Below are positions 38,223-48,202 of a stretch of 64,000 nt of DNA, piece by piece. Source of the DNA: Chitinophagaceae bacterium (GTDB lineage Bacteria; Bacteroidota; Bacteroidia; Chitinophagales; Chitinophagaceae); the NCBI GenBank assembly GCA_051647125.1, contig JBOFDP010000085.1, positions 50,548 through 114,547 of the forward strand, read 5' to 3'. The notes below the pieces were generated by a model that was not told where the DNA came from, ran no database searches, and worked only from the letters and a program-made list of their open reading frames with translations. The number at the start of each line of letters is the position of its first letter. Position 1 is the first letter of the stretch. The position numbers and the translations under genes were made by a program.

Positions 38223-40823
38223 ATGTTGACCTCCAATGAAATTAGAAATGCTTTTTTTAAATTTTTTGAAAGCAAACAACATCTTATCATTCCTTCTGCC
38301 CCTATTGTGGTCAAGAATGACCCTACTTTGTTTTTTACCAACTCTGGAATGGCTCCACTAAAAGATTATTTTTTAGGATATAAAACTCCCAATAGTTCTA
38401 GAATTGCAGATACACAAAAATGTTTGCGTGTAAGTGGAAAACATAATGACCTTGAGGAAGTGGGTGTAGATACATATCATCATACTATGTTTGAAATGTT
38501 GGGAAATTGGAGTTTTGGGGATTATTTTAAAAAAGAAGCCATTGCGTGGGCGTGGGAACTTTTAACAGAGATATACAAAATTCCTAAAAATAGATTATAT
38601 GCTACTTATTTCGAAGGTGATGATAAAGAGGATTTAGAAGAAGATTTAGAAGCCAAAGAGTATTGGAGTTTGTTTTTGCCTAAAGATAGAATTTTGAAAG
38701 GAAATAAAAAAAATAATTTTTGGGAAATGGGAGATATGGGTCCTTGTGGTCCTTGTAGTGAAATTCATATAGATTGTAGAACTGATGAAGAAATAAAAAA
38801 AATAGATTGTAAAAATTTAGTAAATACCGATCACCCAGAGGTAATAGAGATTTGGAATCTTGTTTTTATGCAATTTCAACGACTAAAAAACGGACAACTT
38901 CAACCACTCATTCAAAAGCACGTAGATACAGGAATGGGTTTTGAAAGATTGGTACGCGTATTACAACAAAAAAAATCAAACTATGATACTGATATTTTTT
39001 TAGGTATAATCCAACAAATAGAAAAACTTACCTCTGAAAAATATACAGGCACAAAAAGCAAAAAAGATATTAGTTTTCGAGTGTTGTCAGATCACCTTAG
39101 AGCTATTTCTTTTTCCATTGCTGATGGGCAACTACCCTCCAATACAGGTGCTGGGTATGTAATTCGTCGTATCTTACGTAGAGCTGTTAGGTATTATTAT
39201 TCCTATTTGCATGTTAAGCAACCCTTGCTCACTAAACTAGTAGAAAAACTAGCTCAAGAAATGGCACTTTTTACAGAAATAAAAACACAACAGCATTTCA
39301 TAGAACAAGTTATTAAAGAAGAAGAAGAAGCTTTTTTACATACTTTAGAAAAAGGGCTTAAGCGTATCGAAGAAATTACAATTATAAACCATTGTTTAGA
39401 AGGATCAGAGGCTTTTGAACTCTATGATACATACGGATTCCCTTTAGATTTAATATCTCTAATTGCAGAGGAAAAAGGTTGGAAAATAGATGAAGAAGGT
39501 TTTGAAAAGGAGATGCAAAAACAAAAAAATCGTAGCCGTAATGCTAGCAACATAGATATAGAAGATTGGGTTGTTTGTAACCTCAAAAAATCTTCTTTTA
39601 TAGGGTATACAAAAAACATCTCAGATACAACAATTACACGTTATAGAAAAGTAAACGATAAAAATAAATCTTACTATCAGGTGGTTTTAGAAAAAACACC
39701 TTTTTATGCAGAAAGTGGAGGACAAGTAGGAGATACCGGGTTGTTACTTATAAATCAAAAAGAAATACCTGTATTTAATACTAAAAAAGAAAATGATTTA
39801 TTTCTCCATTTTGTTGACTCTATCCCTGAAAGCAACAATGTCATAATCGCAAAAATTAATGAAAATAGAAGAAAAAATATAGCCCTACACCACTCTGCTA
39901 CTCACTTAATGCATGCGGCATTAAAAAAAGTTTTGGGTACTCATGTGGCACAAAAAGGGAGTTTTATAAATGACCAAAAATTACGATTTGATTTTTCTCA
40001 TTTTTCAGCTATGACTACAGAACAAATTGAAGAGGTAGAAAAAATAGTTAATCAAAAAATTAGAGAAAATATTATAACCGAAATAGAAGAAATACCTAAA
40101 GAAGAAGCCTTAAAGAAGAATATAACGGCACTTTTTGGTGAAAAATATGGCAATATAGTACGAGTTGTTACTATGGGTAAAGATTTTTCTATAGAACTTT
40201 GTGGAGGTACGCACGTAAAGGCTACTGGCGATATAGGTTTTTTTAAAATCATACATGAAACTAACGTAGCTGCAGGAGTACGTCGGATAGAAGCTGTTGC
40301 CGGCGAAGTTGCAGAAAAATATATTTTACAAGAAGAACATCTTTTTCAGAGTATAAAAAAACAATTAAAAAATACTAAGGATATTCTAAAATCTATACAA
40401 CATTTGCAAAATGAAAATATTCAACAAAAAAAAGATATAGAGTTTTATCAATCTCAGATAATAGAAACAGAAGTAGAAAAACTTTCAAAACAAGCTACTG
40501 TTATAAAAGAGGTTACATTTGTTGGGGAAATAGTAAAAACTTCTTCTATAGATTTATTAAAAAAAATAGCTTTATCGCTAAGTAAAAATCAAATAATCTG
40601 TGTGTTGTGTAGCATCATTGACCAAAAAGCACAGGTAGTAATAAGTGCTAATGAGGAAATTTGTAAAAGAAAAAATTTAAATTTTTCCACCCTCTTAAAA
40701 ACAGATATTTTGCCTTTAATAGATGGCGTAGGAGGAGGAAAACCCAACTTTGTAAGTGCTATAGGAAAAAATGAGCAAGTACTAGACAATGTCATTATAC
40801 TAATTCAAAATTATCTTAAATAA
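38223..40823 (+). CDS. alaS: Alanine-tRNA ligase
   Basis: ..FFTNSGMAPLKDYF.., ..RVSGKHNDLEEVG..YHHTMFEMLGNWSFGDYFK.., editing-domain motifs HSATHLMH and CGGTHV. Confidence 0.95.
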   Translation: MLTSNEIRNAFFKFFESKQHLIIPSAPIVVKNDPTLFFTNSGMAPLKDYFLGYKTPNSSRIADTQKCLRVSGKHNDLEEVGVDTYHHTMFEMLGNWSFGDYFKKEAIAWAWELLTEIYKIPKNRLYATYFEGDDKEDLEEDLEAKEYWSLFLPKDRILKGNKKNNFWEMGDMGPCGPCSEIHIDCRTDEEIKKIDCKNLVNTDHPEVIEIWNLVFMQFQRLKNGQLQPLIQKHVDTGMGFERLVRVLQQKKSNYDTDIFLGIIQQIEKLTSEKYTGTKSKKDISFRVLSDHLRAISFSIADGQLPSNTGAGYVIRRILRRAVRYYYSYLHVKQPLLTKLVEKLAQEMALFTEIKTQQHFIEQVIKEEEEAFLHTLEKGLKRIEEITIINHCLEGSEAFELYDTYGFPLDLISLIAEEKGWKIDEEGFEKEMQKQKNRSRNASNIDIEDWVVCNLKKSSFIGYTKNISDTTITRYRKVNDKNKSYYQVVLEKTPFYAESGGQVGDTGLLLINQKEIPVFNTKKENDLFLHFVDSIPESNNVIIAKINENRRKNIALHHSATHLMHAALKKVLGTHVAQKGSFINDQKLRFDFSHFSAMTTEQIEEVEKIVNQKIRENIITEIEEIPKEEALKKNITALFGEKYGNIVRVVTMGKDFSIELCGGTHVKATGDIGFFKIIHETNVAAGVRRIEAVAGEVAEKYILQEEHLFQSIKKQLKNTKDILKSIQHLQNENIQQKKDIEFYQSQIIETEVEKLSKQATVIKEVTFVGEIVKTSSIDLLKKIALSLSKNQIICVLCSIIDQKAQVVISANEEICKRKNLNFSTLLKTDILPLIDGVGGGKPNFVSAIGKNEQVLDNVIILIQNYLK

Positions 40824-41497
40824 TGCAAACTCATAGTATCAATATACTTCCTCAAATTTATGATTTAAAACATGATGTAGTTATTGTTGCTAATGGACAA
40901 TTTCCCAAAAATCCATTTCTGCAAAACCTCATAAAACAGGCTAAAAAAATTATTGTTTGTGATGGGGCTTTACACCATTTACAGAAAAAAAATATAGAAC
41001 CTGATTTTATTATTGGTGATTGTGATTCTATTAGGAATAATTTACAAAAAAAATATCATCACAAAATTATACATCTTGCAGAACAAGACTCTAATGACCT
41101 TAATAAAGCCCTGTGTTTGGCAAAAGAAAAAAATTTAAACCATATTCTTATTCTTGGTGCTACGGGTTTAAGAGAAGATCATACCTTAGGAAATATCAGT
41201 ATTTTAGCAAAAAGTTTTCCAGTCTTTCAACAAATTGCCATGGTTTCTGATTATGGAATCTTTACAGCACACAACAATAATATAACGTTGCCTACTATTC
41301 CCTATCAACAAATTTCTTTTTTTACTTTTAGTTCAAAAACCTCTCTTAGTTGCCTAGAATTAAAATGGGTATTAAAAAATTTTACAACAAAATTTTGGCA
41401 TGAAGTGACCCTTAATGAAGCACTTGGAAATGAGATAAATATTCATATTACTAACGGTATTGTAGTTGTCTTTCGTGCTTTTGAAATAAACTTTTAG
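40823..41497 (+). CDS. Thiamine diphosphokinase
   Basis: ..IIVCDGA.., ..IIGDCDSI.., ..ILGATGLREDHTLGN... The start overlaps the alaS stop (TAATG). Confidence 0.75.
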   Translation: MQTHSINILPQIYDLKHDVVIVANGQFPKNPFLQNLIKQAKKIIVCDGALHHLQKKNIEPDFIIGDCDSIRNNLQKKYHHKIIHLAEQDSNDLNKALCLAKEKNLNHILILGATGLREDHTLGNISILAKSFPVFQQIAMVSDYGIFTAHNNNITLPTIPYQQISFFTFSSKTSLSCLELKWVLKNFTTKFWHEVTLNEALGNEINIHITNGIVVVFRAFEINF

Positions 41498-42081
41498 CTA
41501 TCCATTTTTAAATACTTTTCTAATAGTTCTCGGATTAACAAAAACATTTTATGGGTATATAGAGGAAGTTCTTTGATTGGTATCCATTTTACTTGTTCAA
41601 TACCTTCTTCTTTTTGTGGTTTTAGAATCTCTGTATGTAAAGATTGAAATACATACCAATATGTTTTCTTTAAAATACAAATATTATCTATAAAATATAA
41701 ATGATGAGTAATCTCTATGTCTTTTATATAAGCAAGCCTGGTTACATGGGTTTCTTCCTGTATTTCTCTAATTGCATTTTCTATACACCCTTCATTAGGT
41801 TCTTGTTTACCTTTGGGTAAATCCCAATGATTATTTCTATAAATTAATAATAATTCTTTTTTATGATTATAAACCAAACCACCTGCTGCGGTTATGGGTT
41901 TAGTATGCTTGTAAATAGTGTTTAAAAACTCTTGTTCATTCTTCCAGTATAAAACAGGCTGTATTGTTAGTTTTTGATGTTTAATTTGGTGTAAAATATC
42001 TAACAACAATTTGGTAGAAGAGATTTTTGACTCATCAAAATGATTAATGATTTTTCTACTCTCAAAATAAATGACAAACAT
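41494..42081 (-). CDS. NUDIX hydrolase
   Basis: Nudix box GKQEPNEGCIENAIREIQEETHV. Confidence 0.8.
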   Translation of the reverse strand: MFVIYFESRKIINHFDESKISSTKLLLDILHQIKHQKLTIQPVLYWKNEQEFLNTIYKHTKPITAAGGLVYNHKKELLLIYRNNHWDLPKGKQEPNEGCIENAIREIQEETHVTRLAYIKDIEITHHLYFIDNICILKKTYWYVFQSLHTEILKPQKEEGIEQVKWIPIKELPLYTHKMFLLIRELLEKYLKMDS

Positions 42082-42085
42082 ATTA

Positions 42086-42093
42086 CAAAAATA
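42086..42093 (-). promoter_or_regulatory. Candidate -7 box; leaderless-type spacing
   Basis: TATTTTTG on the minus strand, 4 nt before ATG 42081. Confidence 0.35.
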
Positions 42094-42141
42094 CTTGTTG
42101 TAAAGAATTAAAAAAAATATTAATTTTCCATTTACTATTAC

Positions 42142-42149
42142 TAAGTTTG
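42142..42149 (+). promoter_or_regulatory. Candidate -7 box for adk
   Basis: TAAGTTTG, 46 nt before ATG 42196. Confidence 0.4.
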
Positions 42150-42195
42150 CATTAAAATCAAAAAAATATTAATTTTCCTATAAAAAATTTCATTA

Positions 42196-42759
42196 ATGAA
42201 AAATATTATTTTATTTGGACCTCCAGGAAGTGGTAAAGGGACTCAGGCAGAAAGATTAATCGAAAATTTTCATTTAACACATATTTCTACAGGAGTAATA
42301 TTAAGAGAAGAACTTCAACAAAAGACACCTTTAGCGCAAGAAGCAAAATCCTTTATAGAACAAGGGAAATTGGTCCCCGACCAGATAGTAATAAACATGG
42401 TAAAAAATATTATCTGTAACAAAAAAAACACCTCTGGTTTCTTATATGATGGCTTTCCTCGTACATACAAGCAAGCTGAAGAATTAGAAACGATGTTGAA
42501 GGAATTAAAGTTAAAAATTGATAAAGTTTTTTTTATAGAAGTAGAAGAAGAAGCCTTGATAAAACGAATTTTACTTCGGGGTGCTTCAAGTGGTCGACCG
42601 GATGATGCTGATGAATCTATCATACGTGCTAGAATGATAGAGTATAAACTTAAAACAGACCCTATACAATCTTTTTACAAAAAGTCTGACAATATTTTTA
42701 ATATAGATGGTTCAAAATCTATTGAAGATGTCTATGAATCTATTGCCTCAAAGATGTAG
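42196..42759 (+). CDS. adk: Adenylate kinase (short-lid type)
   Basis: GPPGSGKGTQA.., ..ISTGVILR.., ..LYDGFPRT.., ..GRPDD... Confidence 0.92.
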   Translation: MKNIILFGPPGSGKGTQAERLIENFHLTHISTGVILREELQQKTPLAQEAKSFIEQGKLVPDQIVINMVKNIICNKKNTSGFLYDGFPRTYKQAEELETMLKELKLKIDKVFFIEVEEEALIKRILLRGASSGRPDDADESIIRARMIEYKLKTDPIQSFYKKSDNIFNIDGSKSIEDVYESIASKM

Positions 42760-42780
42760 TATAGATAATTAATTTCTTGT

Positions 42781-42788
42781 TATCTTTG
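42781..42788 (+). promoter_or_regulatory. Candidate -7 box for mreC
   Basis: TATCTTTG, 18 nt before GTG 42807. Confidence 0.45.
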
Positions 42789-42806
42789 TATTTTATTTGA
42801 TGTCCT

Positions 42807-43631
42807 GTGAATGATATATATTTTTTTGTAAAAAAACATGGTGTTATCTTATGGTTTCTCTTCTTACAGATAATCAATATTATTCTTTTTGTTAACTATA
42901 ATAGATTTCCAAGTATTGTATTTGGAGAATGGATTTTCTATAGTAATTTAAAGATGCAGTGTATGACAAACAATATTTCAGATTATCTATATCTTAAAAA
43001 AATCAACCAAAACTTGATAGAAGAAAACACCCACTTGAGAAATCAACTTACATACAATTATATAACCTATCAAAAAAATAACGATACCAACATTGTATTT
43101 TTACAACAATATAAATGGATTAAAGCTGAGGCTATTGATTTTATAAAAAAACAAGAGAACCTATTTCTTATTATCCGATCCGGAAAAGAAGAAGGTATAG
43201 AGGAAAATATGGCTCTTGTTTCTTCTCTTGGGGTTGCGGGTAATATTATTAAAGTATATAATAATTACTCCGTTGCAACTACCTTATTTAATGAAAAAAC
43301 AAAAGTTATAGGTACAGTTTCCTCAAATAATACTTTTTGTGCATTAGAATGGACACCCATAGAGCCAACTCTCTTAATTTGCAAAAATTTCCCTCATAAT
43401 ACTAATACTAAAGTTAAAGATACTATTATTACTAGTAATTATTCAGTCAAATATCCACCAAACTTACCTATTGGTATTATTGAAGAAATCATTGAAAATA
43501 AACAAACAAGAGAACTAACATTAAAAGTAAAACCCTTTGTAGATTATAATGTTTTATCTCAGGTATATGTTATAAAAAACAAAGATCACGACATATTAAA
43601 AACTATTAAATCTGATGTTTCTGCAGAATGA
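42807..43631 (+). CDS. mreC: Rod shape-determining protein MreC
   Basis: N-terminal transmembrane segment, coiled coil (..NQNLIEENTHLRNQL..), a beta-rich C-terminal domain ..GVAGNIIKV.., and a position upstream of mreD-mrdA-rodA. Confidence 0.75.
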   Translation: MNDIYFFVKKHGVILWFLFLQIINIILFVNYNRFPSIVFGEWIFYSNLKMQCMTNNISDYLYLKKINQNLIEENTHLRNQLTYNYITYQKNNDTNIVFLQQYKWIKAEAIDFIKKQENLFLIIRSGKEEGIEENMALVSSLGVAGNIIKVYNNYSVATTLFNEKTKVIGTVSSNNTFCALEWTPIEPTLLICKNFPHNTNTKVKDTIITSNYSVKYPPNLPIGIIEEIIENKQTRELTLKVKPFVDYNVLSQVYVIKNKDHDILKTIKSDVSAE

Positions 43632-44167
43632 ATATCTTAAGTAGTTATATCACACGCCTTTTAGGCTATTTTTTATTGTTGCTATTTATCCAGTTCGTGG
43701 TATTAGAAAAGGTCAATATATTTTATGGATATATTGTACCTTCTATTTATTTTTATATACTACTTTGGATCCCACTTTCTGTATCTATGATATGGCTTTT
43801 AATAATAGCTTTTATTTTAGGAAGTATGATGGATATTTTACACTTGTCTACTGGTATTTATTCCTTTGCATGCGTCAATGTGGCTTTTTTTAAAACTTCT
43901 ATATATAAAAATTTGAATGTCTTCCAAGATAGATATTCTATTACAAAAATAAGTATTTCAAATTTAGGTGTTCCTAAATATTTGTTATATTTATTAATAA
44001 TGACAAGTATTTATTTTTTAAGTACTACCATATTAGAATGGTTTTCTTTAGATATTTTTGAATATTATTTTATAATAAAATGGGTATCTGACATCATTAC
44101 ATCTATTTCTCTTATTATCCTCATAGATTTTATTACTCTCCGTTTTAGAAAGAATGCTTATTTTTAA
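43628..44167 (+). CDS. mreD: Rod shape-determining protein MreD
   Basis: 179-aa polytopic membrane protein. ATGA overlap with mreC. Assignment rests largely on operon context. Confidence 0.65.
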   Translation: MNILSSYITRLLGYFLLLLFIQFVVLEKVNIFYGYIVPSIYFYILLWIPLSVSMIWLLIIAFILGSMMDILHLSTGIYSFACVNVAFFKTSIYKNLNVFQDRYSITKISISNLGVPKYLLYLLIMTSIYFLSTTILEWFSLDIFEYYFIIKWVSDIITSISLIILIDFITLRFRKNAYF

Positions 44168-44173
44168 AATTAT

Positions 44174-46024
44174 ATGATAGAAAACTCTCCAAAAACTTTA
44201 TTTATTAAGGCTGTTATATTAATTGCTTTTTCTATTATCATAATACAATTAATCTATATTCAACTGCTAAAAAATGATTATACCAAACAAGCTACACAAA
44301 ATGTTCTTTTTGAAAAACGATTGTATGTAGAAAGGGGGATTATATACGATAGAAACCATAAAATTATTGTACACACAAAACTTTATTATGACTTATTAAT
44401 TTTACCTAGCGATGTTATCCCTTTTGATACAATATTACTTTGTAAAATTTTAAATATTACACAAGAAGAGGTAGAAAAAAAAATTAATGATGCTATTTTA
44501 AAAAATGGACGAAATCGTACCTCTGTATTTGTCAGCTCTTTAGACCAATCCACCTATGCCAAAATCTTTGAAAATCTTCCTATTTTTCAAGGATTTGACA
44601 TAGCCGAACATCCTATTAGAATATACCCTGATTCTGTAGGTGGACACTTTTTGGGCTATATAAGTGAAGTGTCTCAAGAAATAATTAAAAAGAAAAGTTT
44701 TTACTCCTATGGTGATTATGTGGGTATGGCCGGTTTAGAAAAAGAATATGATTCTGTTTTAAGAGGGAAGAATGGTATAGAATATTGGATAAAAAATAAC
44801 CATAACAAATTGATTGGAAGATATGACAACGGTAGTCATGATAAAAAATCAAGTCATGGTCAAGACTTACACACTACTATAGACATAGAATTACAAAAAA
44901 TAGCAGAGCAACTTTTGACAAATAAAGTAGGGGCAATTGTAGCTATAGAACCCTCCTCAGGAGAAATTTTAGCCCTTGCCAGTGGAACTACCTATGATCC
45001 TAATTTGTTGTCTGAAACAAATAGACCAACCTCAAGAGCTTTATTAGAAGACCCCTCTTCTCCTTTGCTAAACAGAGCTATTAGTGGAACTTACTCTCCA
45101 GGTTCTACATACAAACCTATAGGAGGGCTTATTGCTCTGAATGAAAATATTATTAGTCCTTCTTTTTCTATGGTTTGTAAAGGTGCCTATTTAACTTGTA
45201 TTTCTCCCGTAAAATGTGGGCATAGCAATATAGAACACTCCTCAAACCTTACAAATGCGATTGCCTATTCTTGTAACTCTTATTTTACTCAGATTTTTAG
45301 AATGTTTATCGATCATTTCCCCAACCCCAAACAAGGAATTGTGCAATGGTACAATTATATGACTCTTTTGGGATTCGGTCAAAAACTGGGTATTGACCTG
45401 CCCAATGAGCGTAAAGGATATATCCCTGATACCATATTTTATAACCATGCATACCCTAATAGGAAATGGAATTCTTGTACTATTAAACCTTTAGGTATAG
45501 GACAAGGAGAGATAAGCATGACTCCATTACAACTTTCTAATGCCATGTGTATTATTGCCAACAGAGGATATTATGCACAACCTCATTTAGTAAAAGCTAT
45601 TGATAAAATGCCTATTAAACGAAATCAAAAAAATGCCATTCATATCAATAATGAAGCTTATGATGCTATTATAAATGGAATGGAAAATGTAGTAAATTTT
45701 GGAACGGGCGCAAAAGCCTCTGTTTCAGAGGTTGCTATTTGCGGAAAAACAGGTACGGTACAAAACTATCGTAAATATAATGGCAAAAGAAGACGTTTTA
45801 AAAATACAGGTATTTTTGTAGGATTTGCTCCGAAAGAAAATCCTAAAATTGCTTTTGCTATTGTTATAGAAAATTCTGGTTTTGGGGCCACTTATGCGGT
45901 TCCTATGGCTTCCCTTATTGTAGAAAAATACTTGAAAAGAAAACTTTCTGAAAAAAATCAGAAGCTCCTAAAAGAACTTTCTAAAGAAAATACTATTTAT
46001 CATTATTTACACCCTATAGATTAA
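44174..46024 (+). CDS. mrdA: Penicillin-binding protein 2 (elongasome transpeptidase)
   Basis: N-terminal transmembrane segment and the motifs SxxK (GSTYKP), SxN (YSCNSYF) and KTG (GKTGTVQ). Confidence 0.88.
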   Translation: MIENSPKTLFIKAVILIAFSIIIIQLIYIQLLKNDYTKQATQNVLFEKRLYVERGIIYDRNHKIIVHTKLYYDLLILPSDVIPFDTILLCKILNITQEEVEKKINDAILKNGRNRTSVFVSSLDQSTYAKIFENLPIFQGFDIAEHPIRIYPDSVGGHFLGYISEVSQEIIKKKSFYSYGDYVGMAGLEKEYDSVLRGKNGIEYWIKNNHNKLIGRYDNGSHDKKSSHGQDLHTTIDIELQKIAEQLLTNKVGAIVAIEPSSGEILALASGTTYDPNLLSETNRPTSRALLEDPSSPLLNRAISGTYSPGSTYKPIGGLIALNENIISPSFSMVCKGAYLTCISPVKCGHSNIEHSSNLTNAIAYSCNSYFTQIFRMFIDHFPNPKQGIVQWYNYMTLLGFGQKLGIDLPNERKGYIPDTIFYNHAYPNRKWNSCTIKPLGIGQGEISMTPLQLSNAMCIIANRGYYAQPHLVKAIDKMPIKRNQKNAIHINNEAYDAIINGMENVVNFGTGAKASVSEVAICGKTGTVQNYRKYNGKRRRFKNTGIFVGFAPKENPKIAFAIVIENSGFGATYAVPMASLIVEKYLKRKLSEKNQKLLKELSKENTIYHYLHPID

Positions 46025-47364
46025 TGCAAGAAAATATAATAAATCAGAAAAAAGGATATAATTGGACGGTCTTACTATTGATGCTTATTATGATGAGTAT
46101 AGGGTTAGTACTGTTATATGCTATAGAGTATAATCCAAAAATTACTTTTTGGAATGCTTTTTTTTCTCTACATACTCTAATAGGAAAACAAGCCTTTTGG
46201 ATAGGAATTTCATTAATTTTATTTATCCTTATACAAATTATTGATGTACGAGTATTTACTTATTTTGCTTTTTATTTTTATATTTTTGGAATATTTATCC
46301 TTATACTTACCTTATTCATATCTTCAGATATACGTGGTAGTGGTTCTTTTATAAGTTTAGGACCTATCACTATACAACCTGCCGAATTATTTAAAACTTT
46401 TGCAATTATAGGATTAGCCAAGTTTTTAAGTAATTATAACCTTAACAACGGCATTAACCGAATAAAATCTTGGTTTATTATACTCCTTCCTTTTTTTATT
46501 GTTTTAGGGCAAAGTGAACTCGGGCAAGCATTAGTTTACATGTCATTAATTATTCCTTTATACCGAGAAGGTTTTACTGTATGGATTTTTGGATTCATCT
46601 TTTTAATATTATTACTTTTTATACTCACCATTTATATACATCCTACTATTTATATAATTGGAGCTGTGTCTATAGGCATGCTTTTTTTTGTCTTTTTATA
46701 CAGAAAAAGAAAAAAGAAAAAGTTATATTCTTTAATTTGGGTAATTGGTTGTTTATTATTTGTAATTTCGTTACAACAAATAGTATTTCCTTTTACAGTG
46801 AATAATGTACTAAAAAGCTATCATATAAAAAGAATTTATGCTACATGTGGTCCAGATTCTCTACAATCTCACCATACCTATTGGATGAATACAAAAACAT
46901 TAGAGGCAACAAAAAATGCCAAAAAAATTAATTACAACGTAACCCAATCAAAAATTGCCATTGGTTCAGGCGAACTTACAGGACAAGAATATTTACATGG
47001 TATGCAAACATTATTAAAATTTGTACCTGAACAAAAAAATGATTTTATTTTTTCTTCTTTAGGAGAAAATTTTGGTTTCATTGGTTGTTTTGTTTATATT
47101 CTGTTTGTCATTACTTTATTAATGCAAATTATAAATATTGCGGAAAACCAGCGAAGTCAACTTTCAAGAGCTTATGCTTATGGCGTATTTGCCATTTTGT
47201 TTTTCCATATAGTTATTAATATTAGTGTGGCTATTGGGTTGTTCCCTGTCGTGGGTATCACTTTGCCTTGGATAAGTTATGGAGGTACTTCCGTACTATC
47301 GTTTACCATCATGATAGCTATTTTACTAAAATTAGATATGTATAAAAAAGCAGCTGTCAAATAA
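46024..47364 (+). CDS. rodA: Peptidoglycan glycosyltransferase RodA (FtsW/RodA/SpoVE family)
   Basis: ..IQPAELFK.., ..VPEQKNDFIFSSLGENFGFIG.., ..GLFPVVGITLPWISYGGTS... Follows mrdA with a TAATG overlap. Confidence 0.85.
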   Translation: MQENIINQKKGYNWTVLLLMLIMMSIGLVLLYAIEYNPKITFWNAFFSLHTLIGKQAFWIGISLILFILIQIIDVRVFTYFAFYFYIFGIFILILTLFISSDIRGSGSFISLGPITIQPAELFKTFAIIGLAKFLSNYNLNNGINRIKSWFIILLPFFIVLGQSELGQALVYMSLIIPLYREGFTVWIFGFIFLILLLFILTIYIHPTIYIIGAVSIGMLFFVFLYRKRKKKKLYSLIWVIGCLLFVISLQQIVFPFTVNNVLKSYHIKRIYATCGPDSLQSHHTYWMNTKTLEATKNAKKINYNVTQSKIAIGSGELTGQEYLHGMQTLLKFVPEQKNDFIFSSLGENFGFIGCFVYILFVITLLMQIINIAENQRSQLSRAYAYGVFAILFFHIVINISVAIGLFPVVGITLPWISYGGTSVLSFTIMIAILLKLDMYKKAAVK

Positions 47365-48104
47365 TGCAAATAATTCCTTTAAACGAAGGTATTTTTTCTA
47401 TCAATAAAGAAAAACAAATACATCTTGCACAGCAAGATAATAATAAAAATTATCTTTGCCCTCAGGGTCATATCTTAATAGCAATACGACCATTCTTAAT
47501 CAAAACAAAACACTCGTGCATACTTTTAGATACTGGAATAGGTACTATCAATTCTATGACAGAAAAATATACGATTATAGAAGAACTAGAAAAACATAAT
47601 CTTACTGCTAACCATATAGATATTGTATTATTATCACACCTTCATAAAGATCATATAGGAAGTATTTTTTTACCTAATACTAATACACTCACATACCCTA
47701 ATGCTATCTATTATATCAATGAAAAAGAATATCTTTGGGCAAGCAAAAAATATACTTATTTTAAAGAGTTTTCTAATTACAAAAACTTCCTTTCTTCATA
47801 TCAAGTTTGTTGGTTAAATCAAGATAGAGGTATATTGAAAAATAATATTGAATATAAAGTTACAGGTGGACACACCCCTTACCATCAAGTATTTTGGATA
47901 AGAGAAGAACAACAAACTATTTTTTTTGGTGGAGATGTATCTCCTCAATATAAACAACTAATATCTAAAATTAATGCACGATACGATTATGCCCCAGAAA
48001 TTAGTAAAAACTATAGAGAGCTGTGGGCAATAGAAGGTAAGCAACAACATTGGGAGTTTCTTTTTTACCACGATATTCAATATTCAAAAGCTATATTGTA
48101 TTAA
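47364..48104 (+). CDS. MBL-fold metallo-hydrolase (cytoplasmic)
   Basis: HLHKDH (HxHxDH) motif, ..GGHTPYH... No signal peptide. The start overlaps the rodA stop (TAATG). Confidence 0.7.
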   Translation: MQIIPLNEGIFSINKEKQIHLAQQDNNKNYLCPQGHILIAIRPFLIKTKHSCILLDTGIGTINSMTEKYTIIEELEKHNLTANHIDIVLLSHLHKDHIGSIFLPNTNTLTYPNAIYYINEKEYLWASKKYTYFKEFSNYKNFLSSYQVCWLNQDRGILKNNIEYKVTGGHTPYHQVFWIREEQQTIFFGGDVSPQYKQLISKINARYDYAPEISKNYRELWAIEGKQQHWEFLFYHDIQYSKAILY

Positions 48105-48179
48105 TAGGTTAAATATCTGGTTTATAAAACACAAAATGTACAATATAGAGAAAATAGGAAAATTTTATTGAAATATAAT

Positions 48180-48187
48180 TAAATTTG
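48180..48187 (+). promoter_or_regulatory. Candidate -7 box for cysE-cysK
   Basis: TAAATTTG, 15 nt before ATG 48203. Confidence 0.45.
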
Positions 48188-48202
48188 CATAAAATTAGGT
48201 AA

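Noticed and set aside
47364-48104. The MBL-fold gene after PBP2/RodA as an intrinsic metallo-beta-lactamase.
   Set aside because: It has no signal peptide, so it is predicted to be cytoplasmic. Only the generic HxHxDH superfamily motif is visible.
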